A DNA stretch of 64,000 nt from an uncultured Verrucomicrobiae bacterium (GCA_963792775.1 CAWBXU010000015.1:263-64262), one strand, 5' to 3'; counted from the first letter of the stretch, positions 28,777 to 39,967 are shown. Notes: generated by a model from the letters alone, not told the origin. Program-made: numbers and translations.

Positions 28777-29863
28777 GCGAAGAACGGTGCTGGGCCGAGA
28801 TCGATCTCGCGGCCCTGCGGCACAACGCGCGAGTGGCGCGGGAGCGCGCGGGCGAGGGGAAGGAGCTGCTCGCGGTGGTGAAGGCGAACGGCTACGGCCA
28901 CGGCATGATCGAGATCGCGCGCGCCCTGCGGGAGGAGGCGGATCTTTTTGGCGTCGCCAACCTGCACGAGGCGCGCACGCTGCGCGAGAGCGGAGCCACG
29001 CAGCCGATCCTCCTCCTCGGTCCGGCGCTTCCGGAAGAGCGCGCCGCGATTAATGCGCAGGGCTTCATTCCTTCGGTCTCGACGGTCGAGGAAGCGGGCG
29101 CCTTCGCGGTGAATCGCAGCGGGATCAACTTTGTCATCGATACCGGAATGGGGCGGATGGGTTGCTGGCAGGACGACGCGCTTGCGACGCTGGAAAAAAT
29201 TGTGCGCATTCCGGGCTTGCTGCTGCACAGCGTCTCGACGCATTTGCCGGTCGGCGGACGAAGACGCCGCCTTTACCCGCGCGGAGCTGGCTCAGTTCGA
29301 CGCACTCGTTAGGCAGATTCGGCCGCGCGTTCCCGCTTCGACGAAAGTGCACGTGCTCCTGAGCGCCGGAATCCTCGGTTTTCCGCCGCAGAATTTCGAG
29401 ATCGTTCGTGCCGGTCTCATGCTCTACGGCAGTTCGCCGTTACCAGATGCGCAACAATTTCTGCGACCGGTGCTGAATTGAAAACGCACATCGCCCTGCT
29501 CCGCGACCTGCCGGCCGGCCGCGGCATCAGCTACGGCCGAACCTTCGTCACCCCCCGCCCGATGCGCGTGGCGACGATCAGCGCGGGCTACGCCGACGGT
29601 TATCCGCGCTCGCTCTCCAATCGCGACGCAGCCGTGCTGATCGGCGGGAAACGCTGTCCCGTTCTCGGCCGGATCACGATGGATCTCACGATGGTGGATG
29701 TGAGCGCCGCTGCCCGCAGCGCGCGTCGGCGACGAGGTCGTGCTCATCGGGCGTCAAGGCGAGCGAGGAAATTCTCGCGGCCGAAGTCGCGACGCGCGCG
29801 GGCACGATCGCGTGGGAGATTTTCACCGGGATTGGCAGCCGGGTGCGGCGTGTGTATTTGTGA
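28764..29863 (+). CDS. alr: Alanine racemase, readable only across four frame changes (about 29255, 29475, 29715, 29768)
   Basis: Segments read AEIDLAALRHNARV..AVVKANGYGHG (PLP lysine), STHLPV/ADEDAAFTRAELAQF, RPVL/LKTHIALLRDLPAGRGISYGRTF..SAGYADGYPRSL..GRITMDLTMVDVS, GDEVVLIGRQGE and EILAAEVATRAGTIAWEIFTGIGSRVRRVYL. Each junction is a 1-nt indel. For example, ttt has become tt at 29475. Confidence 0.8.
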
Positions 29864-29870
29864 GGCGGCG

Positions 29871-30233
29871 ATGTTCCAGATCATTTTCAACGAGCTCAGC
29901 GCCGCGGAAATGGCGGCGTTGCCGAAAACGCTCCAGCTCGATTTGCTCGCCGAATTTCAAATCCTCCCGGAAGACCTCGACAACCTCGACGGCAACCGCT
30001 TCGGCGTGATCAAGCGCGAGGGGAAAACGCTGCATCGCTATCGAGCGAAGGATTACCGCATCTATTTCGAGCGCAGCCCGGAAGGCGTCACGGTGCATCG
30101 CGTCCTGCACAAAAACACGCTGCGGGATTTTCTTTACCGGAGCAAACTGCCGATGGCGGAAGACGATCAGCTCGGCAAGACGCGGGAGTTCTGGAAGTTG
30201 ATCGAGCAAGGCGAGAAAACCCGGAAAGCCTGA
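29871..30233 (+). CDS. RelE/ParE-fold toxin-like protein (tentative)
   Basis: 120 aa. The core GKTLHRYRAKDYRIYFERSPEGVTVHRVLHKN resembles the RelE/ParE beta-sheet signature (..R.gdyRiiY.i....i.v..v.hR). No small partner ORF is visible on either side. Confidence 0.4.
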   Translation: MFQIIFNELSAAEMAALPKTLQLDLLAEFQILPEDLDNLDGNRFGVIKREGKTLHRYRAKDYRIYFERSPEGVTVHRVLHKNTLRDFLYRSKLPMAEDDQLGKTREFWKLIEQGEKTRKA

Positions 30234-30325
30234 GGGAACGCGCGGAGCCATCGGTTAGGCTTGACAGCTGCGAGGTCGGCGGCAAAACCTCGCCCCGTCA
30301 GTTGAACCAACAAGAAAGAATCAAA

Positions 30326-31042
30326 ATGAAATTACTCACTCGCGCACTCGCGATCCTCGCCTTCTTGCCGATTGCGGCACTGCAGGCCCAGCAGCCATCC
30401 GCCGCATCCAAAGGCGCCGCGACCATGAAGCGGACCGACGTTTACCACGTCTTCATTGTCAAAGCCGCGCCCGGCAAGGCGAAGGAATTACAGGATTGGC
30501 TGAAGCAACCCGATCCGCAACATCCCGACGCCAAGGGAATCGTCCTGCGTCATCAGGACGGTGACGCGTGGGACTTTGTCGCCATCGAGCACATCGGCAC
30601 GAAAGCGACCGTGGACCTGAGCGCCACGCCGATGACGCCGCAGCAGCGGCTCATCAGCGAATGGCACGGCGACACTTTTGTCAGCGGTCCCTCCTGGGCC
30701 GACTTCGCGAAAGCCCTCGGCCTGGATGATGCCTCCAAGACTTCCGGTGCGGTTTATATCGTTTCCGATTATCGGGCCGTGCCCGGTCATCGCGATGAGC
30801 TGGAGAAAATGCTGAGCGAAGCGACTCCGGGCGATACGGCTTCGGGAAATGTCCTCCTCGCACATGTGGAAGGCGCGCCGTGGAATTTCCTTGGCGTCGT
30901 CCGTTACGATAGCTGGGAAAAATACGCCGATGGCGAAAAGAACAGCATCGCGCAGACGAACAAGGGCGAGGGCGGCTGGTTTGAGCTGCGCAACCACGTG
31001 GCTCTGCATCACGATACGCTGACCGATCGCATCATGCCCTAA
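30326..31042 (+). CDS. Secreted protein with an internal duplication of a roughly 100-aa alpha/beta module (function unknown)
   Basis: Signal peptide MKLLTRALAILAFLPIAALQA. Module 1 is VYHVFIVKAAPGKAKELQDWLKQ..GIVLRHQDGDAWDFVAIEHIG. Module 2 is VYIVSDYRAVPGHRDELEKMLSE..GNVLLAHVEGAPWNFLGVVRYDS. Confidence 0.5.
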   Translation: MKLLTRALAILAFLPIAALQAQQPSAASKGAATMKRTDVYHVFIVKAAPGKAKELQDWLKQPDPQHPDAKGIVLRHQDGDAWDFVAIEHIGTKATVDLSATPMTPQQRLISEWHGDTFVSGPSWADFAKALGLDDASKTSGAVYIVSDYRAVPGHRDELEKMLSEATPGDTASGNVLLAHVEGAPWNFLGVVRYDSWEKYADGEKNSIAQTNKGEGGWFELRNHVALHHDTLTDRIMP

Positions 31043-31182
31043 ACGGCGGGATCGCTGGGGGCTGAACAGGGAGGGGCGCTTTGCAAGCGCCCATGGCGGT
31101 TTTAAACCGCCGCTCCCTGATCAGGCCTGATCACGACTCGCCTGCACAACCTTATGCGGGGGCGGAAACGAACTCTTTGGTG

Positions 31183-31512
31183 ATGAAAGATACGAGCGTT
31201 ACCAAGGTCACTTCAGAGTTTTCCCCGCACGGTCCGGAAGGAGAAAAGTATCTCGCCTCCGGAATTCACGTCGCCATGCGGCTCTGGGAAAACGAAAAGC
31301 CTAACGACAAAAAGCCGGTTTCGAAACATCCCTACGAAGTCGTCGGCTACGTGATCAAGGGAAAAGCCGAGCTCCATCTCGAAGGGCAGACCTTGATCCT
31401 GAACGCGGGTGATTCCTACGCCGTGCCGAAAAACGCGGAGCACACCTACAAAATCGTCGAGAACTTCACCGCGGTGGAGGCAACGAGCCCGCCGGCGCTG
31501 GTGCATCAGTAG
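31183..31512 (+). CDS. Cupin-domain protein
   Basis: 109 aa from ATG 31183. HPYEVVGYVIKGKAELHLEGQTLILNAGDSYAVPKNAEHTY fits the two-motif cupin_2 pattern. Confidence 0.65.
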   Translation: MKDTSVTKVTSEFSPHGPEGEKYLASGIHVAMRLWENEKPNDKKPVSKHPYEVVGYVIKGKAELHLEGQTLILNAGDSYAVPKNAEHTYKIVENFTAVEATSPPALVHQ

Positions 31513-31519
31513 CGGCCAC

Positions 31520-31588
31520 TTGTAGGGCGGGCGCTCCGCCTGCCCAAATGTGAGACGAGTCAGGGCAACCGAAGCGGTCGCCCTACAA
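31520..31588. repeat. REPIN-like inverted doublet with GTAG heads, filling the convergent cupin/rpsR gap (likely bidirectional terminator)
   Basis: TTGTAGGGCG..CGCCCTACAA are 10-nt outer inverted repeats. Each half is a GTAG head plus a GC-rich hairpin (GGGCGGGCG-ctc-CGCCTGCCC and GGGCAACC-gaagc-GGTCGCCC). It abuts the rpsR stop at 31589. Confidence 0.55.
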
Positions 31589-31828
31589 TTACTTCATCAA
31601 CAGCACGGAGCGGCTGCGCTTGATTTCGCGCGTGATTTTGCGGTGCATGTGCGCCGGCATTCCGGTGACGCGGCGCGGCAAAATCTTTCCACTTTCGGTG
31701 ACGAATTTTCTGAGGAGATCGGGATTCTTGTAATCGATCGCTTCGGCCGCGATATCGATGCGGCGACGCGGCATGGTGCGATTGGCGCGGCGAAAGGCGG
31801 AACGGCGTTTGGCGGTTTTCGGTTGCAT
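31589..31828 (-). CDS. rpsR: 30S ribosomal protein S18
   Basis: 79 aa. [26 protein letters not shown] and [12 protein letters not shown] are the S18 signature. Confidence 0.9.
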   Translation of the reverse strand: MQPKTAKRRSAFRRANRTMPRRRIDIAAEAIDYKNPDLLRKFVTESGKILPRRVTGMPAHMHRKITREIKRSRSVLLMK

Positions 31829-31829
31829 G

Positions 31830-32003
31830 TTACTTGGTCTCCCGGTGAAGGGTGTGCCGCTTCATGAACGGATTATACTTTTTCTTCTCCAGCCGGTTGG
31901 GGGTGCGCGGGCTTTTTTTGTTGCGCGTCGACATGTAACGCGAGGCGGGCATCCCGGCGGCTTTCGCTTCGGTGCATTCGAGAGTGATGATTTCCTGGGC
32001 CAT
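31830..32003 (-). CDS. rpmG: 50S ribosomal protein L33
   Basis: Below the ORF-track cutoff at 57 aa, so translated by hand: [57 protein letters not shown]. This is the L33 pattern (ITLEC..SRY.T.KNK....RLE.KKY.P..K.HTLH.E.K). It is 1 nt from the rpsR start. Confidence 0.85.
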   Translation of the reverse strand: MAQEIITLECTEAKAAGMPASRYMSTRNKKSPRTPNRLEKKKYNPFMKRHTLHRETK

Positions 32004-32008
32004 GTTCG

Positions 32009-32797
32009 TTATTCTTTCGTGTCCTCAGCCTTTTCTTCCTCTTCGCCTTCGCGTGTTTCGTCATCCGTTAGGCCAAAGAGCGAGGTGACGGATTGCCGCA
32101 CGCGGGAAGCTTTGTTCTGCTTCTCGAGCTGGGACTGGCATTCCACGGTGTAGCGAGCGAACGGAATCGCCTCGAGCCGGGCGTGCCTGATCGGCTTGCC
32201 CGACATTTCGCATTTGCCGTAGCTGCCGAGTTCGATGCGCTTGAGCGCTTCGTCGATTTCGTAAAGGGCATCCTGTTCCTGCGATAAAAGGCTCAGGGCA
32301 AAATCGCGATCGTAGGCGTCGCTTCCGGCATCGGCCTGGTGCATGCCAAAGGCGGAGGCTTCACTGCCCTCGGCGCGGGCTCGCAAAGTGTCCTGCGCCA
32401 CGCCGGCCATCGAATCGACCATCGCGTCGCGCAATTGCAGAAGACGCTGCTTTTGCGCGCGGGTGAAGGGATCGAGCCGGCGCTCTTTCGCTTTGGTGTG
32501 ATTACCGATAATCGTGTCGGTCTGGGTGCCGTTTTTGCCGTGCGGCTTCGCGGGTTTGACCGCTTTCGATTTGGCGGGTTTGGCGGGAGGAGCCACTGCT
32601 TTCTTCGCGGGCTTAATCGGCTTGCGTGCGGCAGGCTTGCGCGCGACGACCTTGGCGGCAGCCGGTTTGCTCTTGGGCGCTTTGCGCGCGGGTGCCGACT
32701 TTTTCGCCGCAGAGGTCTTCCGCTTCGCAACAGCCTTCTTTGGCGTCGTTTTCTTAGCGGGCTTTTTCGCAGCGTGAGTCTTCTTGGAACTGGCCAT
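32009..32797 (-). CDS. DksA/TraR-family protein with a long Lys/Ala/Pro-rich N-terminal tail and a Cys-depleted finger
   Basis: 262 aa. Residues 1 to about 95 are [30 protein letters not shown]. The DksA core has [14 protein letters not shown] (coiled-coil tip) and [29 protein letters not shown]. Aligned to the C-x2-C-x17-C-x2-C finger, this keeps only the first and fourth Cys. The C-terminus is acidic. Confidence 0.75.
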   Translation of the reverse strand: MASSKKTHAAKKPAKKTTPKKAVAKRKTSAAKKSAPARKAPKSKPAAAKVVARKPAARKPIKPAKKAVAPPAKPAKSKAVKPAKPHGKNGTQTDTIIGNHTKAKERRLDPFTRAQKQRLLQLRDAMVDSMAGVAQDTLRARAEGSEASAFGMHQADAGSDAYDRDFALSLLSQEQDALYEIDEALKRIELGSYGKCEMSGKPIRHARLEAIPFARYTVECQSQLEKQNKASRVRQSVTSLFGLTDDETREGEEEEKAEDTKE

Positions 32798-32935
32798 AAA
32801 TTAAGAGGTAAGAGTCCGGCGTTCGAACCCGTCCGGAGAAAGGGGAGGCTTAATTAAGGGCAATTCAATTTTGGCGCAAGCGGTTTCGGAGCGATTTCGC
32901 GCCTAGGTTTTTGTCCCTGCGCGCGAGGGCTTAGC

Positions 32936-33730
32936 TCACGAGCTGGCGCTGGAATAATGCTGCAGCGCCCAGCGCCAAAAAGCGCGGCTGATGAGGGCCG
33001 CAATCGTCCCCGCCGCGACGAGGTGAAACATCAGCCAGGCGGGTTGGCCTAACGACTTGATGAGGAGCCGCGCCGGGATGTTGGCCACGATGATGACGGG
33101 CACAATCCAGCCGAAAACCCAGCGGAAGACTGGAGGAAAAATGACGTCCGGATAGCGCGCGATGTTAAGAAAGTTGAAGTAGCCGTAGACCAGTCCCTGT
33201 GCCCTAACGATCCAGAAGCTGACCGCGGCGAGCGTGAGCATGATTGAGTAATGGATCGCGACCCCGAATCCGAGCGCGACGAAGTAGAGCGCGATCGCTC
33301 CGGGACCGGGGACAACGTGCAAACGCACGAGCGAAATGATGACGACGATCGCGCCGATGAGCGCGTTGACGATGCTGTCGAGGCCGAATTGTTTCGTCGA
33401 AACGACAAACTGGCTATCGAGCGGGAGGACGAGGAGCGAATCCAGTTTCCCGGTGCGAACGAGCTCGGGAATGTTGGCCACGTTAACGAAGAAAAACGCC
33501 TGGAAAAGCTGGGCGATGATCTGGTGCGTGCCGACGAGGAGGACGACTTCCCATTTCGTCCAGTCACCGATCCGATCAACCTGCCCGAAGATGATGCTGA
33601 AGAAGAGGATCTGGCCACAAAACCAGAGCACCTCCACCACCATCCAGAGGAGGAAGTTGGCCTTGAAGCTGAGCTCGCGGATGAGGGAATTGCGCAGCAT
33701 GATCGAGTAGATTTCGAAGTAACGGCGCAC
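32936..33730 (-). CDS. ABC-2-type transporter permease (DUF990-like), no partner genes adjacent
   Basis: 264 aa with six predicted TM helices. The N-terminus MRRYFEIYSIMLRNSLIRELSFKANFLLWMVVEVLWF is typical of this permease family. Confidence 0.55.
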   Translation of the reverse strand: MRRYFEIYSIMLRNSLIRELSFKANFLLWMVVEVLWFCGQILFFSIIFGQVDRIGDWTKWEVVLLVGTHQIIAQLFQAFFFVNVANIPELVRTGKLDSLLVLPLDSQFVVSTKQFGLDSIVNALIGAIVVIISLVRLHVVPGPGAIALYFVALGFGVAIHYSIMLTLAAVSFWIVRAQGLVYGYFNFLNIARYPDVIFPPVFRWVFGWIVPVIIVANIPARLLIKSLGQPAWLMFHLVAAGTIAALISRAFWRWALQHYSSASS

Positions 33731-33865
33731 GCCTCTCTCTTGTCATTCAATTGTATGACGAGTCAACCGCGCGAAATCGCGCCGCCGAATTTGCCTAACG
33801 GAAAGCGCGACAGCACGAGGGCGTTTGACGGCCGCGTTCGTTCGGCCGATGCAACGCCCAAGTCG

Positions 33866-35028
33866 ATGCGCCGCTTCCTTCCCATCCTTGCCGGAGTCGT
33901 CGTCGTGCTTCTCGCGATCTGGCTGGTCCGGCGCTGGAGCGCATCCGGCGGCGAAACCTATCGCACGGCGGAGGTCACGCGCGGCGATATCACGCAAATG
34001 GTGACGGCAACCGGCACGCTCAACCCGGTCGTCAACGTGCAGGTCGGCAGCCAGATTTCGGGAAACATTTCCAAGCTTTACGTCGATTACAATTCCAACG
34101 TCAAAGCCGGCCAGGTCGTCGCGGAAATCGATCCGGCGATTTTCAAGGCCGCGGTCACGCAGGCGCAGGGCGATCTGGAGAGCGCGCAGGCCGGGCTCGA
34201 GTTGGCGAAGGTCAACGCCGCGCGCATGGAGGACCTGGTGAAGAAGCAGACTTCCTCGCAATCGGAGCTCGACCAGGCAATGGCCACGCTTCATCAGTCG
34301 CAGGCCAACGTCATGATCAAACAAGGCGCGCTCGATCGTGCCAAGACCGATCTCGACCATTGCACGATCACTTCGCCGATCGACGGCACCGTCATCTCGC
34401 GCAGCGTCGATGTCGGCCAGACGGTCGCGGCCAGTCTTTCCGCGCCGGTTATTTTCACGATCGCGAACGACCTAACGAAAATGCAGATCGACACCAACGT
34501 CGCGGAAGCCGATGTCGGCGTGATCGAGAAAGATCAGACGGTCGATTTCACGGTCGACGCTTTCCCGAATCGCACTTTCCACGGCCAGGTCGTGCAGGTG
34601 CGCAACGCGCCGACCACGGTGCAAAACGTCGTCACCTACGACACCGTCATCGGCGTCAATAACAAGGATTTGAAACTGAAGCCGGGCATGACTGCGAACG
34701 TCTCGATCATCGTGGCGCATCGCGACAACGTCTTGAAGATCAGCAACGCCGCGCTGCGATTTCATCCGCCGGAAGAAGCGCCCGCGGCCAGCGGAAGCGC
34801 TTCCGCTCCGCGGCATGCGCGGAGGTCGTGGAAAAGCGGGCGCGCATCCGATCGAGAAGACGGTTTACGTTTTACCGGCCGGCGCGAACACGCCGACAGC
34901 CGGTGAAGATCAAGACCGGGATCAGCGACGGCATTTACACCGAAGTGACCGATGGCTTGAAAGAAGGCGATCAGGTCGTCACCGCGGCGTTGGGCAAAGC
35001 TGCGGTCGCGCTCCGACGCGACGAATAA
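33866..35028 (+). CDS. MacA/HlyD-family periplasmic adaptor; two frame changes near 34810 and 34895
   Basis: I take ATG 33866 (MRRFLPILAGVVVVLLAIWL). Family motifs are TATGTLNPVVNVQVGSQISG, coiled-coil AQGDLESAQAGLELAKVN and ITSPIDGTVISRSVDVGQTV. The C-terminus (EKTVYVLPAG.. then PVKIKTGISDGIYTEVTDGLKEGDQVV) lies in two other frames. Confidence 0.8.
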
Positions 35029-35068
35029 TCCGCTCGCCGGTGGACGGCGGCGCTTCTAGGAGCCGGAG

Positions 35069-35835
35069 ATGGCCGATCAAGCTGTCGTTAGGCTGGAAGA
35101 CGTTCACAAGATTTACCACACCGGTGAAGTCGAAGTGCACGCCGTCCGCGGCGTCTCGCTCGAGATCGCGAAAGGCGAATTCGTCGCCTTCATGGGCTCG
35201 AGCGGCTCGGGCAAATCGACTCTCATGAACATCCTCGGCTGCCTCGACCGGCCTTCACGCGGCCGCTATTTGCTCGATGGCGAGGATGTCTCCGGCCTGG
35301 AGCGCGATCAGCTCGCCGATATCCGCAACGGCAAACTCGGTTTCGTTTTTCAAAGTTTCAACCTGCTCGCCCGCACTTCGGCGCGGGAGAACGTCGAGCT
35401 GCCGCTGCTTTACGGCGCGCATCGCCTAACGAACATGGAACTGGCCGCGCGCGCCGACAAGGTGCTCGCCGCGGTCGGCCTGGCCGGCCGCGAAGATCAT
35501 CACCCGAGCCAGCTTTCCGGCGGCCAGCAGCAGCGCGTCGCCATCGCCCGCGCGCTGATCAACGACCCGGAGGTCGTCCTCGCCGACGAGCCGACCGGCA
35601 ACCTCGACAGCCGCACGAGCGTCGAGATCATGGGCATTTTCCAGGAGCTGAACGAGCGCGGCATCACCATCATCATGGTGACGCACGAACCGGACATCGC
35701 TTCCTACGCGCGGCGCAACATCGTGATGCGCGACGGCCTCGTGCAATACGATCGCCCGGTGAAGGAGCGGTTTTCCGCCAAGATCGAGGCGCAAAAGCTT
35801 TCCGAAGTCGTGGAGCAGGAAGCGGAGGTGGAAGC

Positions 35836-35839
<4 letters not shown>
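35069..35839 (+). CDS. MacB/LolD-type ABC transporter ATP-binding protein
   Basis: 256 aa. Walker A is GSSGSGKST, the signature is [15 protein letters not shown], Walker B is [11 protein letters not shown], and the H-loop is VTHE. Confidence 0.9.
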
Positions 35840-37054
<1,215 letters not shown>

Positions 37055-37057
37055 TGC

Positions 37058-37420
37058 ATGACCGGGCCGAATCGCTTTCAAAAACTGGTCGCCGAAGCGA
37101 AGAAGAATATCCGCGAGATTTCGCCTAACGACGCCGTGCACGAGGTCGGCTGCGGCGCCGCCACTCTGATCGATGTGCGTTCTGCGGAAGATTGGAAGTC
37201 CGGCCACGCGCGCGGCGCACGTCACCTCGAACGGGGCGAAGTCGAGCTCGAGATCGAAGAACAGATTCCCGATCTCGACCAGCGCATCATCTGTTATTGC
37301 GGCGGCGGGAGCCGCTCCGCGCTCGTCGCCGAGAGCCTGCAGAAGATGGGTTATCGCAATGTCCGCTCGCTGGCCGGAGGTTTTCGCGCCTGGCAGGCGG
37401 CTGGTCTGCCAAGCGAATAA
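37058..37420 (+). CDS. Rhodanese-domain sulfurtransferase
   Basis: 120 aa. It has LIDVRSAEDWKSGHARGARHL and the active-site loop CYCGGGSRS. Confidence 0.8.
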   Translation: MTGPNRFQKLVAEAKKNIREISPNDAVHEVGCGAATLIDVRSAEDWKSGHARGARHLERGEVELEIEEQIPDLDQRIICYCGGGSRSALVAESLQKMGYRNVRSLAGGFRAWQAAGLPSE

Positions 37421-37467
37421 TTTGCGAGCTTGACGCCATCGGCGCAGCTCCCAACAATCCGCACCCG

Positions 37468-39745
37468 ATGAACTCTCGAATCGCGGTGCTCCTGTCGGTT
37501 TTGTTCCTCGCGGCGGCGACGCTTTCCGCTCGCCTCGCTGCTCCACGAACGGGAAGGCAAAAACACCTCGGCGTTGAGGGAGGCTGGGGCGGAAAAAGAG
37601 AGCCCGCCGGAAGATTGGTTCGTTACCCAGCGGGTCACGCATGGCGGAATTCCCGCGGGCGCCCTCGAGAAAGCTGGCGCGCAGGCGGCCGCGCTCATCG
37701 CGGCAACCGAGCAGGCGAATCCGGCTCCGAGCCGGCACGCTGGAAATTTGTCGGGCCGACTAACATTGGTGGCCGAGTCGTGGACATCGCTGTCGATCCG
37801 GTTGCGGCCGACACGATTTACATCGCCGCGGCGACCGGCGGCGTCTGGAAGAGCAAGGACAAAGGCTCTCACTTCAGCGCCATCTGGCCGGCGACAAATC
37901 CGCAATCGATGGGCGCGCTCGCCATTTCCCCTAACGGCACGCTCTTTGCCGGAACCGGCGAAGCCAATCCTGGCGGCGGCAGCATCACCTACGGCGGCTC
38001 GGGCATTTACCGTTCGAGCGACGGCGGGAAGACCTGGCAACTCGTCGGCCTAACGAACTCCGGCGCGATCGGCCGGATCGCGATCGATCCGACTAATCCG
38101 CAGCGCATCTTCGCCGCGGTCGCGGGACAACTTTACAACCACGGCGGCGAGCGCGGCGTTTACGAATCGACTGACGGCGGCTCCAATTGGACCCAGGTCC
38201 TGGCCGGCGACAACGACACGACCGGCGCGGTCGACCTCGCAATCGACCCGACCAATCCGAACCGGATCTTCACCGCTATGTGGGACCACTTGCGCGAGCC
38301 CGATCTGCGCACCTATGGCGGAGTCGGCTCGGGCGTTTATCGCTCGACCGACGGCGGCGCACATTGGCTGCGCCTAACGAGCGGTCTGCCCGCCGTGTCG
38401 CCCACGATCGGCCGGATCGGGATCGCGCTGGCGACTTCCAACCCGCAGCAGCTCTATGCCATCGTCAACCAGACGAACGGTTTCTTCCAAGGCTTCTACA
38501 GATCGACCGACGGCGGCGACACCTGGACGAAGTTGCCTAACAATTCCACCCTCTCGGGCGCGCAATCGAGCTACGGCTGGTGGTTTGGGCGGCTCTGGGT
38601 CGATCCGCTCGATCAGGCCCACGTCTTCGCGGCCGGGGTTTACCTTTGCGAATCGAAAAACAGCGGCTCGACTTTCACCGGCGCGTTCAGTCCGCACGCC
38701 GATCATCACGCCATGGCGTGGGACCTGAAAGTGCCCGAACCGCGTTTATCTCGGGAACGACGGCGGCACTTACCGCTCGGACGTGAACGGCTCGAACGAC
38801 CAATGGACTTCCGCGACTTCCCAGCCTTTCACGCAGTTCTACAGCGTGGACGTGAGCGAACAGGACGCCAGCCGGCTGGTCGGCGGCGCGCAGGATAACG
38901 GAGTGAACCGTTCCTATCGGCGGGACCGGCTGGAACACCTACGTCGGCGGCGACGGCCTCGAGGCGTTGATCGATCCGGTCGACCAGAACAACGTCTACG
39001 GCTGCTCCCAATACGGCGAATGCAATCGCTCGACCAACGGCGGCTCTTCATCTTCCGATTTTACCGGCGCCACGACCTCTTCCCGTCGGAATTGGCTCAG
39101 CCCGCTCCAGTTCGACCCGGCCAATCCCGCCATCCTCTACTACGCGGGCAACAGGTGAACCGCTCGGTCGATCACGCTGTCCACTGGACCGCGATCAGCC
39201 CCGACCTGACCGGCGGACCGGGGCGCGATCCGAGTTATCCCTTCGGCACCGTCACCACCGTGGCCGGCGCGAAGACCGATCCCAACCGCGTCCTCGCCGG
39301 GACCGACGACGGCCGCCTCTGGTTCACGACGAATCTTGGTGGAAATTGGACCCGGGTGACCGATCCCGACGTTCCCGGGACGTGGGTCACCCGGGTCACC
39401 GTCGACCCGGCTAACGCGACCATCGCCTATGCCACCTTCTCGGGTTTCCGCGCCGGCAGCGCCATGCCTTACGTCCTGAAGACGACCGACGGCGGAACGA
39501 ACTGGACGAACATCTCCGGCAACCTCCCGCAGGCGCCGGTTAACGACATCCTCCCGATCGGCTCGACCCTTTACGTCGCGACCGATGTCGGCGTCTTCAG
39601 CTCGCCTAACGGCGGCCGCAAATGGCGCGCGGCGGGCACGAAGTTGCCTAACGTTCCCGTGACCGACCTCGAATATCGGGCAGCCTCGAACGCGCTTTAC
39701 GCCGCCACCTTTGGTCGGGGGATGTTCATGCTCGCGCTGCCTTGA
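37468..39745 (+). CDS. Secreted BNR/Asp-box repeat (sortilin/VPS10-like) beta-propeller protein; about five frame changes
   Basis: Signal peptide MNSRIAVLLSVLFLAAATLSA. Asp-box repeats recur: GVWKSKDKGSHF, IYRSSDGGKTW, YESTDGGSNW, YRSTDGGAHW, YRSTDGGDTW, LKTTDGGTNW and FSSPNGGRKW. Reading switches frames near 37560, 37735, 38745, 38925 and 39155. Confidence 0.7.
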
Positions 39746-39795
39746 CCTGAAGAGCCGGCAAAATCTCGATCGCATCCCGCGGGTTGCCGCGGCGC

Positions 39796-39946
39796 CTGGG
39801 TAGCGCGTGCGTCTCGCATGCTGGCGACGGTGTTCCACCGTCGCGAACTTTTCTTGCGGCGGAGCCCGTTCGAACGACGTGGCGTAACAAAAAGTTCGTC
39901 GCGCTGGAACAGCGCGACCAGCACACGAGACGTGTGCGCTACCCGG
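39796..39946. repeat. 151-bp REPIN-like palindromic element (GGGTAG heads, nested hairpins)
   Basis: The left arm is CTGGGTAGCGCGTGCGTCTCGCATGC (39796-39821). The right arm GCACACGAGACGTGTGCGCTACCCGG (39921-39946) is its imperfect reverse complement. Internal hairpins are GCGACGGTG-ttc-CACCGTCGC (39824-39844), GAACTTTT..AAAAGTTC (39845-39897) and GTCGCGCTG-gaa-CAGCGCGAC (39898-39918). Confidence 0.7.
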
Positions 39947-39967
39947 GCGTGTGTCCGCTTCAGGTGC

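Noticed and set aside
33251-33865. A 205-codon N-terminal extension of the macA-like ORF, very acidic (DDDDRADERVDD...).
   Set aside because: It is antisense to the ABC-2 permease gene and has no membrane anchor. The adaptor's own signal/TM segment begins at ATG 33866.
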